Source: Bacteroidia bacterium
Lineage (GTDB): Bacteria; Bacteroidota; Bacteroidia; M30B66
Direction of reading: 5' to 3'
DNA: 64,000 bases
Assembly: GCA_965279035.1 (NCBI GenBank)
Contig: OZ257142.1
Span: 2,304,001-2,368,000 of the forward strand
The notes beneath the pieces are model-generated. The model was not told the DNA's origin. It did no database searches and saw only the letters and a list, made by a program, of their open reading frames with translations. This document shows positions 1 to 9,357 of the stretch, one piece after another. Position numbers and translations under genes: made by a program. The number at the start of each line of letters is the position of its first letter. Positions within the stretch are counted from its first letter, which is position 1.

Positions 1-2
1 AT

Positions 3-926
3 ATTCGTACAATCTTTAAGAATATTCGCTTTTGTAAATCAGATATACTTCAATACAAACCCGATGTTCTTATCTTAATAGATTATCCTGGGTTTAATTT
101 ACGAATTGCTGAGTTCGCTCATCAACATGGAATTCGTGTCTTTTATTACATTTCTCCACAAATATGGGCTTGGAAACAAAGTCGAGTGCATACTATCAAG
201 AAAGTAGTGGAACACATGTATGTAATACTTCCATTTGAAAAAGAATTTTATGCTCGCTTTCATGTTGATGTGACGTATGTTGGGCATCCTTTAATTGATG
301 CATTATCTCAATTTGAACGTGATTCAACTTTTAGAGATAGAAATAATTTGGGTGATAAACCTATTATCGCTTTATTACCTGGGAGCAGAAAACAAGAAAT
401 TTCACGCATATTACCAGAAATGCTTTTAAGCATCCAAGAATTTAATGAGTATACTCCAGTTATTGCTGGTGCACCTTCTATTTCAACAGAACAGTATCTC
501 GAATGGATCGGAAATTCCTCTGTGAAAGTAATTAGCGGAGAAACCTATCAATTATTATCTGAATCAACTGCTGCTATTGTTACTTCTGGTACGGCAACAT
601 TAGAAACTGCATTATTTTCAATTCCTGAAGTTGTTTGTTATAAAGGAGGACAAATTTCATATTGGCTTGCTCGAAAACTTATTAAAGTGAAATATATTTC
701 GCTTGTAAATTTGATTTTAGATCGTCTATCAGTTGTCGAATTAATTCAAGCTGATATGAATGCTGAAAAGGTAAAAACAACCTTAAAATCCTTACTTAAT
801 AAGGGTGAAGTTAGAGAAAAGCAATTGACTGATTTTAAAGAATTAAAACAAGTATTAGGTGGAGGAGGGGCATCACAAAGAGCCGCTCATGATATGGTTT
901 TGAGATTAAGGAAATTCCCTATTTAA
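3..926 (+). CDS. lpxB: Lipid-A-disaccharide synthase (5' end truncated by window edge)
   Basis: Frame is open from position 3. Motifs IDYPGFN, YYISPQIWAW, VILPFE, VGHPL, LLPGSR, TSGTATLE. Confidence 0.96.
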   Translation: MRTIFKNIRFCKSDILQYKPDVLILIDYPGFNLRIAEFAHQHGIRVFYYISPQIWAWKQSRVHTIKKVVEHMYVILPFEKEFYARFHVDVTYVGHPLIDALSQFERDSTFRDRNNLGDKPIIALLPGSRKQEISRILPEMLLSIQEFNEYTPVIAGAPSISTEQYLEWIGNSSVKVISGETYQLLSESTAAIVTSGTATLETALFSIPEVVCYKGGQISYWLARKLIKVKYISLVNLILDRLSVVELIQADMNAEKVKTTLKSLLNKGEVREKQLTDFKELKQVLGGGGASQRAAHDMVLRLRKFPI

Positions 927-998
927 TCCATTTTGAATTTGTTGATAAGCAAATTTATTGCGGGTACATAAATATGTATACGGAATTAATTTTGAATA

Positions 999-2162
999 AT
1001 GTTTCCTTTCAAGATTATACTCTTTATACTTTTTATTCCACACATTATTTGGTCGCAGCAAAAAGGAATTCGTGTTGGTCTTTATAGAGCGTCTCAAATA
1101 AATGAAGTGTCTATCGAATTTGATCAAAATTCTAAATTTGAAATATCTCCTGGGATATTTATATGGGGAAAAACCAACCATAGTATATTCAGACTCAAAG
1201 TCAATGGGAATAAAATAAGTGTATTTCAAAATAATATCTTCCTCGGATCTTCATCCAAAGTGAAATGCCTCTCTACAAAAGAGAATTACATATTATTAAA
1301 ACCAGTAAAGCCTGATTATAAAGGAAACAAATATCAAGGTGAAATCGAATTGAGTGTTGAGTCAGGCCATCTTAAAATGATCAATCACTTAGATTTAGAT
1401 ACGTATTTAATAGGTGTTTTGAGAGGAGAGGTTGGTTATGATAAACCAATGGCTTTATATCAAGTACATGCAATTTTATCAAGAACATACGCTCAGTTTT
1501 ATCCGTGGCGACATAAATCAGAAGGATTTAATGTATGTGATCAAACACATTGTCAGGTTTACAAAGGTTGGTTTGATTACAAACCATTTTCTGACGCTGT
1601 AAAATCGACTGAATCAATTATTGTAAAAGACAGTGTAAGTGGCGAAGTTGCTGAATTACTTTTTCATTCTAATTGCGGAGGAATGACAAACGCTTCGGAA
1701 GATGTTTGGAAATCTACATTGACGTATTGTCGAAATATAAAAGACACCTTTTGCCTTCAAGGGAAAAATGCAGTTTGGGTTAAACAGATTTCAATGGAGA
1801 GCTTTTGTAAAAAGATGAACATTGATTTGCCCAAGGATTCAATTCTTAAATCAGATTTATGTATTTCTATATGTAGTAATTCTGAAAGCAGAATTCATAC
1901 TATTCAATTTCAGGAACGGAAATATAAAATGATTGATTTGCGCTCAAAGTTTGATTTGAAATCAGCTTGGTTCGATTGGGAGTGCAGGGGAGATTCTGTT
2001 TTATTTTATGGGAGAGGATTTGGTCATGGAGTTGGCTTATGTCAAGAAGGTGCAATTCGTATGGCTGAACTAGGTTATACACCTGAACAAATTATTAAAT
2101 ATTATTTTAAAGGTGTTATTCTAGCAACCCTAATCGAAACAGATAAATCAAATTATAAATGA
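999..2162 (+). CDS. SpoIID/LytB domain lytic transglycosylase-like protein
   Basis: Signal peptide; YLIGVLRGE, RTYA, CDQTHCQVY, FHSNCGG and GRGFGHGVGLCQEGA motifs. Confidence 0.9.
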   Translation: MFPFKIILFILFIPHIIWSQQKGIRVGLYRASQINEVSIEFDQNSKFEISPGIFIWGKTNHSIFRLKVNGNKISVFQNNIFLGSSSKVKCLSTKENYILLKPVKPDYKGNKYQGEIELSVESGHLKMINHLDLDTYLIGVLRGEVGYDKPMALYQVHAILSRTYAQFYPWRHKSEGFNVCDQTHCQVYKGWFDYKPFSDAVKSTESIIVKDSVSGEVAELLFHSNCGGMTNASEDVWKSTLTYCRNIKDTFCLQGKNAVWVKQISMESFCKKMNIDLPKDSILKSDLCISICSNSESRIHTIQFQERKYKMIDLRSKFDLKSAWFDWECRGDSVLFYGRGFGHGVGLCQEGAIRMAELGYTPEQIIKYYFKGVILATLIETDKSNYK

Positions 2163-2537
2163 TTTAAGGCATTATGATTATTTTTAGAATACAATATAAA
2201 TGCAGAATTAATTTGGAGGAAGAATTAGATTGATACATAAAATTGATTTGATTTTATAAACTGAGGTTATTCACAGTCAGCTTGTTTGTAAATATTTAAA
2301 TCGTTTAAAAACAGTGAGATTTAAATAGTATATTATTTTCGAAATTCAATTAAAAACAATGTTGTGAGAGTTATTTTTGGAATTTCAATTTAAATAAAAA
2401 ATAATTAAACATAAATTAATCTGCTTGATATTCAGTCGAATAGATATTAATGAATTAAAATAAATGAAATAAAACATATTCCATTGTAACCTTTATTAAT
2501 GATTTAAAATATATTAGCACAAAATAATTGAATTTAT

Positions 2538-3533
2538 ATGGCAAAAAACATCGAATTCTCTGCTGAGGAAATGTCTGAACTTCACGCATTTTACATCCAT
2601 GAAATGGAAAAAGCGGAGGTGAGATTAAAAGCAATTAAGTCCATTATTGCTAAAATTGGAACAGCTCCTAAAAAACGTGGGCGTAAACCAACAAATGAAA
2701 AGCAATTAACAAAAGCGATTGCTGCAGATTTAAAAGCTTCCGAACCAAAAGCTTCTAAAGTTGCAGGTCGTAAACCTGGACGTCCTGCTAAGGCAAAAAG
2801 TAATGCACCAACAATTGCAACAAGCGCAAAACGTCGTGGTCGTCCTTCAAAAGTGAAGGCACCTGTTGCATTAGCTTCTTCGACTGCACCAGCAGCAAGC
2901 CCCGAAATAAAAAAACGTGGTCGCAAGCCTGGAAGTAAAGTCGTTTCAAAAGCAACGAAAGCACCTGTAATTAAAAAAGCATCATCTAAAAAAGGTGCTC
3001 CTAAAAAAGCAGTTGCAAAAAAAGCGTCCACTAAAGCAGCAGCATCTAATGATGTTAAAGCAGATTCTTCAAAAGCAATTAAGCCAATTGTAAAAAAAGC
3101 ATCTAAGGTTGTTGCTAAGAAAGCTGCAAAACCTGCTGTGAAAAAAGCAGCGAAAGTTGTTGCTATTAAATCAGCTAAACCAGCAGCTAAAAAAGCAACA
3201 TCAGCCCCTGTCAAAAAAGAAGCTAAACCAGTAGTTACCAAAGCGCCAAAAGCTCCCAAAGCAGCAAAAGCACCAAAGGCAGCAAAAGCACCCAAAGTAG
3301 CAAAAGCTCCGAAAGCAGCAAAAGCTCCTAAAACGCCAACTGTAAAAGCTGAAAAAACTTCTGCACCAAAAGCAGTTAAGGTTGCAAAACCGAAAGCAGT
3401 AACAGTGAAGAAACCAGCAGCAGTTAAAGTAAAACCTGCTAAAAAGGCTGTTGCTAAAAAAGTAGAAGTAAAAAAAGCTCCTGACACTGCACCAGCTGCC
3501 GCTCCTTCTGGAGAAAATACTACTCAAGCATAA
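2538..3533 (+). CDS. Lys/Ala/Pro-rich histone H1-like protein with AT-hooks (putative nucleoid-associated protein)
   Basis: N-terminal amphipathic helix, KKRGRKP/RKPGRP/RRGRP/KKRGRKP motifs, long KKAAKP/AKAPK tail. Has its own terminator. Confidence 0.75.
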   Translation: MAKNIEFSAEEMSELHAFYIHEMEKAEVRLKAIKSIIAKIGTAPKKRGRKPTNEKQLTKAIAADLKASEPKASKVAGRKPGRPAKAKSNAPTIATSAKRRGRPSKVKAPVALASSTAPAASPEIKKRGRKPGSKVVSKATKAPVIKKASSKKGAPKKAVAKKASTKAAASNDVKADSSKAIKPIVKKASKVVAKKAAKPAVKKAAKVVAIKSAKPAAKKATSAPVKKEAKPVVTKAPKAPKAAKAPKAAKAPKVAKAPKAAKAPKTPTVKAEKTSAPKAVKVAKPKAVTVKKPAAVKVKPAKKAVAKKVEVKKAPDTAPAAAPSGENTTQA

Positions 3534-3553
3534 TATAGAATTTTCTACGTCTT

Positions 3554-3593
3554 TAACGGCAGTTCTGAAATTCAGAGCTGCCGTTATTTTTTT
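3554..3593 (+). terminator. Rho-independent terminator
   Basis: TAACGGCAGTTCTGAA-A-TTCAGAGCTGCCGTTA hairpin followed by a T7 run. Confidence 0.9.
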
Positions 3594-3664
3594 GTTCAAT
3601 TTCCTGTTTATGTTTTATTTAAATTTTCATTGCATTCCATAGACTTACAGTCTATTTTCGTTTC

Positions 3665-4150
3665 ATGAAATTTACTATTGAAGTAGCTCAACCTATTGAT
3701 ATTCCTGAAATTTTAGGACTCATTAAACAATTAGCTATTTATGAAAAAGCGGCCGATGAAGTCGTTGTTAATGAAGCCATTTTACTTCAAGATGGATTTG
3801 GGATTCATAAAATATTCGATTGCTTTATTGCGCGTACTGAAGATCAACGTATTCGAGGAATGGCTTTGTATTACACGAAATACTCCACTTGGAAAGGACG
3901 TTGTTTGTTTTTAGAAGACATCATTGTTGATGAACAATACCGTGGATTCGGAATTGGCAAAGCACTTTTCAAAGCGGTTTATGAAGTTGCACGAAATTCA
4001 AAATCGGGTCGACTCGAATGGCAGGTATTGGATTGGAATGAACCAGCAATAGGTTTTTACAAACGATTTAATGCACAATTTGATGCTGAATGGATAAACT
4101 GTAAGTTTAGTTTTGATCAACTTCAACAAACCGAATCGAATCAGTTATGA
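3665..4150 (+). CDS. GNAT acetyltransferase, spermidine/spermine N1-acetyltransferase-like
   Basis: YSTWKG..LFLED, YRGFGIGKAL and WQVLDWNEPAIGFY motifs. Confidence 0.85.
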   Translation: MKFTIEVAQPIDIPEILGLIKQLAIYEKAADEVVVNEAILLQDGFGIHKIFDCFIARTEDQRIRGMALYYTKYSTWKGRCLFLEDIIVDEQYRGFGIGKALFKAVYEVARNSKSGRLEWQVLDWNEPAIGFYKRFNAQFDAEWINCKFSFDQLQQTESNQL

Positions 4151-5421
4151 AAGTATTTAAATTTGGAGGTGCGTCGGTAAAAGATGCTGAAGGGATTCGA
4201 AACGTTGGAGAAATAATTAAAAGTAATTCTACAGAAACTCTTTGTATAGTTGTTTCTGCTATGGGAAAAACAACCAATGCCCTCGAAGCAGTTTGTAATG
4301 CGTATTTCAATAAAACCAATCAAGCTGCTATTTTACTCGAAGAAATTAAAAAAAAGCATTTTGATATCGTACATTCTCTATTTCCTAATGGAAATGAAAA
4401 GCTATTTAATGATTTAGATACCATTTTTGCTGAACTCTATTGGTCAATTGAAGAAACTCAAATTAAATCATATGATTTTGAATATGATCAAATTGTTTCT
4501 CAAGGAGAATTTATTTCAACTCGTATTGTTGCTGCTTACTTAAATGAAATTGGAATTCAAGCAAATTGGATAGATGCTCGTGATATTATCCATACCGATA
4601 ATACCTATAGAGAAGGAATTGTAAATTGGGAGAAAACGACTATTTCTGTTCAACAAAAATTAGTTCAAGAATCCTCAAATGCTAAAGGAAAACATTTTCT
4701 AACGCAAGGTTTTATTGGAGGAACTTCCGAAAACTATACAACCACTTTAGGACGCGAAGGCTCAGATTATTCGGCTTCTATTTTAGCTTATTGTCTCAAT
4801 GCCTCAGATGTTACCATTTGGAAAGATGTACCCGGCGTATTAAATGCTGATCCACGTGAATTTCCTCAAGCCTGTTTATTGCCTGCAATATCATATTACG
4901 ATGCTATTGAACTAGCTTATTATGGTGCTACGGTTATTCACCCAAAAACCATTAAACCACTTCAAAATAAAAATATTCCTCTCTACGTAAAATCATTTAT
5001 CAATCCGAATTTACCTGGAACTCAGATAAGTGAAAATGATCTTCGTCAAGAAGTACCAACCTATATATTCAAAAAGAATCAGGTCTTGATTTCTGTATCT
5101 CCCAGAGATTTTTCATTTATTCTGGAAGAAAATTTACGCGATCTTTTTGAACTATTTTCAGAATGCAGAGCACATGTGAATCTCATGCAAAATTCAGCAT
5201 TGAGCTTCTCGGTTTGTGTGACGATTGAAAAAGTAAGACTTGAAACCTTGTTAAAAGAATTGGAATTGAAATATAAAGTGAAGTACAATGAGCAATGTGA
5301 ATTGATTACTATTCGAAATTATTCGGACGAATTAGTCTCCCAGCTTATCGGACAAAGACCTATATTGCTAGAACAAAAGAGTAGACATACTTTGCAGATT
5401 GTATTAAAAGAGATTTACTGA
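4147..5421 (+). CDS. lysC: Aspartate kinase
   Basis: KFGGASV, VVSAMG, TTLGREGSDYSA, WKDVPGV..ADP; C-terminal ACT-like region. Confidence 0.95.
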   Translation: MKVFKFGGASVKDAEGIRNVGEIIKSNSTETLCIVVSAMGKTTNALEAVCNAYFNKTNQAAILLEEIKKKHFDIVHSLFPNGNEKLFNDLDTIFAELYWSIEETQIKSYDFEYDQIVSQGEFISTRIVAAYLNEIGIQANWIDARDIIHTDNTYREGIVNWEKTTISVQQKLVQESSNAKGKHFLTQGFIGGTSENYTTTLGREGSDYSASILAYCLNASDVTIWKDVPGVLNADPREFPQACLLPAISYYDAIELAYYGATVIHPKTIKPLQNKNIPLYVKSFINPNLPGTQISENDLRQEVPTYIFKKNQVLISVSPRDFSFILEENLRDLFELFSECRAHVNLMQNSALSFSVCVTIEKVRLETLLKELELKYKVKYNEQCELITIRNYSDELVSQLIGQRPILLEQKSRHTLQIVLKEIY

Positions 5422-5436
5422 TTTCAATTTTGAATT

Positions 5437-6789
5437 ATGCCCAAGGGATATTTCATTCACAATGCAACCATCATCAATGAAGACAAGCGGTTTACCGGGT
5501 GTTTAAAAATGACTGGACAACTGATTGAAGCAATTTATGAAGGTGCCCCGCGCAAGGAAGAAAATTTAAGAAATCATACTGTTATTGATGCTAAAGGATT
5601 TTGGTTAATTCCGGGTGCGATTGATGATCAAGTCCATTTTAGAGAACCAGGATTAACGTGGAAAGGGGATTTGTATACTGAACCCAAAGCTGCAATTGCC
5701 GGAGGTATTACAAGTTACATGGAAATGCCCAATACAATTCCTAGTGCTACAACTCAATCTTTACTTGCCGATAAATACGTTATAGCCTCTGAGAAATCAT
5801 TAGCGAATTATAGTTTCTATATGGGAACGACCAATTCGAATCTTGATCAGCTTTTAAAAACAGATCCACGAACCGTTTGCGGTATTAAAATATTTATGGG
5901 TTCGAGCACGGGTGATATGCTCGTTGATAATCCCTCATCCCTTGAAAATATATTCAAAGAAGTATCTTTATTAATTGCCGTTCATTGTGAAGATGATCCT
6001 TTAATAAAAATCAATGCAGCCAAAGTCAGAACCGAATTTGGGGATGCTGTACCCATGAAAATGCATCCACTCATACGGAGTGAAGAAGCATGTTATCGTT
6101 CCTCTTCGAAAGCGATAGAAATGGCTACACGTTTTAATACACGCTTGCACATATTGCATATTTCAACTGCACGTGAACTTGAATTGTTTCGAAACGATAT
6201 TCCATCTATCGAAAAACGCATTACAGCCGAAGCCTGTGTTCATCATTTATGGTTTAGTGATTTGGATTATGAACGAAAAGGAGCATTTATCAAATGGAAT
6301 CCAGCAATAAAACGAATAGAAGATAGAGATGCAATTAGAGCGGGTTTATTGAATGGCAAAATCGATGTGCTTGCTACCGATCATGCCCCACATACTTTGG
6401 AAGAAAAAAGAAAATCCTATTTTGATTGTCCATCTGGCGGACCTTTAGTTCAACATGCTTTGCCCGCATTATTTGAATTATGTAAACAAGGTATTTTTAC
6501 CCCAGAATTGGTTGTTCGAAAATATGCACATGCTGTTGCTGATTTATTCAAAATTCACAAACGTGGATATTTACGAGAAGGCTATTTTGCTGATGTTGTA
6601 TTAATAAATCCTGATCATCCCGAGCTTGTAAAAGAAAACGAATTGTATTCGAAATGTGGATGGTCGCCTTTTACTGGAACAACATTCAATTCTACTATTT
6701 CAAAAACATTTGTAAACGGAAATTTGGTGTATGATGAAGGTGTTTTTGATGAAAGTAATAATGGTATGAGATTAACATTCGATAGATGA
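5437..6789 (+). CDS. pyrC: Dihydroorotase
   Basis: DDQVHFREPG, EMPNT, HCED, KWNP and ATDHAPH amidohydrolase motifs. Confidence 0.92.
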   Translation: MPKGYFIHNATIINEDKRFTGCLKMTGQLIEAIYEGAPRKEENLRNHTVIDAKGFWLIPGAIDDQVHFREPGLTWKGDLYTEPKAAIAGGITSYMEMPNTIPSATTQSLLADKYVIASEKSLANYSFYMGTTNSNLDQLLKTDPRTVCGIKIFMGSSTGDMLVDNPSSLENIFKEVSLLIAVHCEDDPLIKINAAKVRTEFGDAVPMKMHPLIRSEEACYRSSSKAIEMATRFNTRLHILHISTARELELFRNDIPSIEKRITAEACVHHLWFSDLDYERKGAFIKWNPAIKRIEDRDAIRAGLLNGKIDVLATDHAPHTLEEKRKSYFDCPSGGPLVQHALPALFELCKQGIFTPELVVRKYAHAVADLFKIHKRGYLREGYFADVVLINPDHPELVKENELYSKCGWSPFTGTTFNSTISKTFVNGNLVYDEGVFDESNNGMRLTFDR

Positions 6790-7124
6790 AAAGAGTACTT
6801 CCTTTCTTTCTCCTAATCTTATTACTCTCTTGTAACTCAAATCAAGATGTTCCTGAAGGTATTTTGGCTGATAGCACTATGAAATCAATCATTGTTGATT
6901 TGAGTATTGTTGATGCATCTTTTAATATGAGTTTATCTTCTTTTACTGCTCCAAAATTTAAATCAGAGTTGTTTTATGAAGAGGTAATGAAACAACACAA
7001 AACAAGCAGAGAAGAATTTAATCGTAGCATGAAATTCTATGCTCAAAATACAAAGCGCCTTCAAAAAATATATGAAGACGCTTTGATCGATTTATCTCAT
7101 AAACAAGTTGAAGTAAATAAGTAA
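6786..7124 (+). CDS. DUF4296-like lipoprotein
   Basis: Lipobox LLSC; F..SMKFY...KIYE helical pattern. Confidence 0.75.
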   Translation: MKRVLPFFLLILLLSCNSNQDVPEGILADSTMKSIIVDLSIVDASFNMSLSSFTAPKFKSELFYEEVMKQHKTSREEFNRSMKFYAQNTKRLQKIYEDALIDLSHKQVEVNK

Positions 7125-7125
7125 G

Positions 7126-7590
7126 TTAATTGACTTCAATTTTTGTTGTGCTCACTCCGTGACAAGAGTTACAAGCGCCATTCGTAATGGATGAACTCAT
7201 AAAACTAGTGTCATTATTATAGACAATTGCTGGAAATAATCCTGCACCAAAACCTGTAATAGCTGTTGTGTAGAAATTACCTTTCTGATCTCCTTCAATG
7301 GTATATTTTACAGTTCCATTGCCATCCGATTGAGTATACATTAATACAGTAACGTCTTGTGCTGTTGTAGTTTCATTATTTGTGTAGGCTGTTCCCGCAA
7401 TGTAAAACCAACCGCTTCCTTCACCACCTTTTTTGTGACAATCCATGCAATTTTTTCCCATGTTATGACTTCTGCTTTTTCCATGCTGGCTAACGACAAC
7501 CTCCATTTGCTTAGCATGATTACAAGAAAAAAGGGCAATAAATGGTAAAATAATACCAAGTGAATATAGCAATACGGTACGTAATGACAT
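7126..7590 (-). CDS. Putative diheme c-type cytochrome lipoprotein
   Basis: Lipobox LFSC; two CxxCH motifs (CMDCH, CNSCH). Start could be 7590 or 7605. Confidence 0.75.
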   Translation of the reverse strand: MSLRTVLLYSLGIILPFIALFSCNHAKQMEVVVSQHGKSRSHNMGKNCMDCHKKGGEGSGWFYIAGTAYTNNETTTAQDVTVLMYTQSDGNGTVKYTIEGDQKGNFYTTAITGFGAGLFPAIVYNNDTSFMSSSITNGACNSCHGVSTTKIEVN

Positions 7591-7656
7591 GGTTGAAATT
7601 AACAATCAAAGATTGAAACGATAAAAAAGCAGCTATGTTTTAAAAGCTAAATTAAA

Positions 7657-8517
7657 TCAACCTTTTATGCATAGAACGGGGATTTCATTATGATATGCAA
7701 TGCCTTTACTTTTGCTTGGATCAAGAATTTTTGCAACCCAATTCCGTCGATGTGTAACCATGCAAATCATATCGGGTTTTGCAGAGCGACGGTATTTATC
7801 AACTCCTGTATAAAAATCATTATCGAATTTAGTGCGAACCATTTTATAGGACAAAGTCTCCAATTTGAATTTTTTGCGCCATTCAGCTAAATGCTTCTCT
7901 GCATCAAATTTTTTGAAAGCTTCACTTGTAGGGAAAGTCGGTTCTACGTGGAAAATCTCAATGTTTGCTCCTAAAGCTTCTGCCAAAGGTGCAAGTTTCG
8001 TTAGCTCTTCTGAAACATGTGCTAAATCGCTTGCATAGCCAATTTGCTTGATTGCTTTTAAACGGAAATTATCTGGGATAACAATAACAGGAACAGGTGA
8101 ATTCTCAATCACTTTTGCAGCAACGCTTCCTATGAAAAGTCGTTTTAATCCGCTGGCGCCGGTAGTTCCTAAGATGATGCTGTCGGCTTTGTGCCGTTTT
8201 GCTGTTTGAAGAATGATTTCAACCGTTCCAACACCGGGAACAATTTCAGAGGAAATAAATTCATCTTTCGTTTTAGAGCTGAACGAACGAAGTGCTTTTT
8301 TTACAAATTTTTCTAATTCTGTTTTTAGGTAGCTTACCTGATCAATTGGACTTGGAATATACAAACCGGTGAATGCACTTTCGGGCGCTAATTCAAGTAC
8401 ACTAGTTTGATGCATCACCACAATTTTGCTTTTATTTTTTAAGGCAGTGCTGATGGCAAATCGAAGTGCTTTTAATGAATTTGCTGAAAAATCTGTGGGT
8501 ACTAGGATTGTTTTCAT
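7657..8517 (-). CDS. Universal stress protein (tandem Usp domains)
   Basis: ILVPTDFS, LGTTGASG...IGSVA, PVIVIP and PVLCI motifs. Confidence 0.93.
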   Translation of the reverse strand: MKTILVPTDFSANSLKALRFAISTALKNKSKIVVMHQTSVLELAPESAFTGLYIPSPIDQVSYLKTELEKFVKKALRSFSSKTKDEFISSEIVPGVGTVEIILQTAKRHKADSIILGTTGASGLKRLFIGSVAAKVIENSPVPVIVIPDNFRLKAIKQIGYASDLAHVSEELTKLAPLAEALGANIEIFHVEPTFPTSEAFKKFDAEKHLAEWRKKFKLETLSYKMVRTKFDNDFYTGVDKYRRSAKPDMICMVTHRRNWVAKILDPSKSKGIAYHNEIPVLCIKG

Positions 8518-8562
8518 GGGTTAGAATTTAGTACTAAAGTACGTTCATAATACCCTTTCAAC

Positions 8563-8600
8563 AATGATTTATTTCATGAATAATAATGACATAAATCAGG
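8563..8600. promoter_or_regulatory. Two Crp/Fnr-type boxes upstream of usp
   Basis: AATGAT-TTAT-TTCATG (8563-8578) and AATGAC-ATAA-ATCAGG (8585-8600). Confidence 0.55.
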
Positions 8601-8603
8601 CAT

Positions 8604-9284
8604 TTATGCAGCCATCGAAAATTTATAAGCACGTCTTAAAAAGTGATGAAGATCTCGAGCTGATATAAAATATTCTCGAATGATTTGAGGCAAGTTGGGC
8701 GATAACAGCGTATTGGCATTGAGTTCAATTTTGAAATGAAATTGCTTGAAGCTGATTTCAGGAATTCGTTCTACAATTGAACGAAATTCGGCAGGTAATT
8801 GAATGTGTTGATCACCACGAAGCCCTCCGAAAAGATTTAAAAATTCAGGATTTCTAACTGCTCGAATAAAAGCATCTGGATCCTGCATTATTTGTTGACG
8901 AATTTGATAGAGTTTTTCTTTTTCAGGATTATACACTCCGCCAGCAATCATCAGATATTCATGATTTGCTTGTATAAAGAATCCAGGATATTCTTTCATT
9001 CGTTTTCCCATAGCGGAAACATTGGCGCTCATCCAAGTTTTATAAGGTATTTTTTCTTTTGTGAACCGGATGTCGTTATTGATTCTGAAAATGGCTTCCG
9101 ATGGTTCAATATGAATATCGCTGTCGATGGTCCTCAACTGAATAATCAATTCATCGATAAAATCTTGAAAAGGAATTTTTACCTCTTTTTCATACCATTT
9201 TCTATTCTGATCAAACCACGAGGTTGAATTATTCGAACTAAGTTCTTCGAAATACTGAAGAAACGAATGATTAAAATAAGACAT
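8604..9284 (-). CDS. DUF2461 family protein
   Basis: NN..WF..NR.WYE and IFRINNDIRFTKEKIPYKT motifs. Confidence 0.88.
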   Translation of the reverse strand: MSYFNHSFLQYFEELSSNNSTSWFDQNRKWYEKEVKIPFQDFIDELIIQLRTIDSDIHIEPSEAIFRINNDIRFTKEKIPYKTWMSANVSAMGKRMKEYPGFFIQANHEYLMIAGGVYNPEKEKLYQIRQQIMQDPDAFIRAVRNPEFLNLFGGLRGDQHIQLPAEFRSIVERIPEISFKQFHFKIELNANTLLSPNLPQIIREYFISARDLHHFLRRAYKFSMAA

Positions 9285-9357
9285 ATGAATTAAGATTAAG
9301 GTTAGGAAATGGGTGAATTAAAATTGAATGATGTCGACAAGGACACTGAAATGCAGT

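Noticed and set aside
3238-3335. 9/18-bp tandem repeats
   Set aside because: They encode the AKAPK peptide repeats and have no spacers, so this is not a CRISPR array.
2591-3487. 298-aa hydrophobic antisense ORF
   Set aside because: It is the mirror of AAA/GCA/CCA-rich codons in the H1-like gene, which leave few stops on the opposite strand. No independent evidence.
5620-5652. QxH instead of HxH in dihydroorotase, suggesting an inactive enzyme
   Set aside because: DDQVHFREPG is a known variant in active long-form dihydroorotases.
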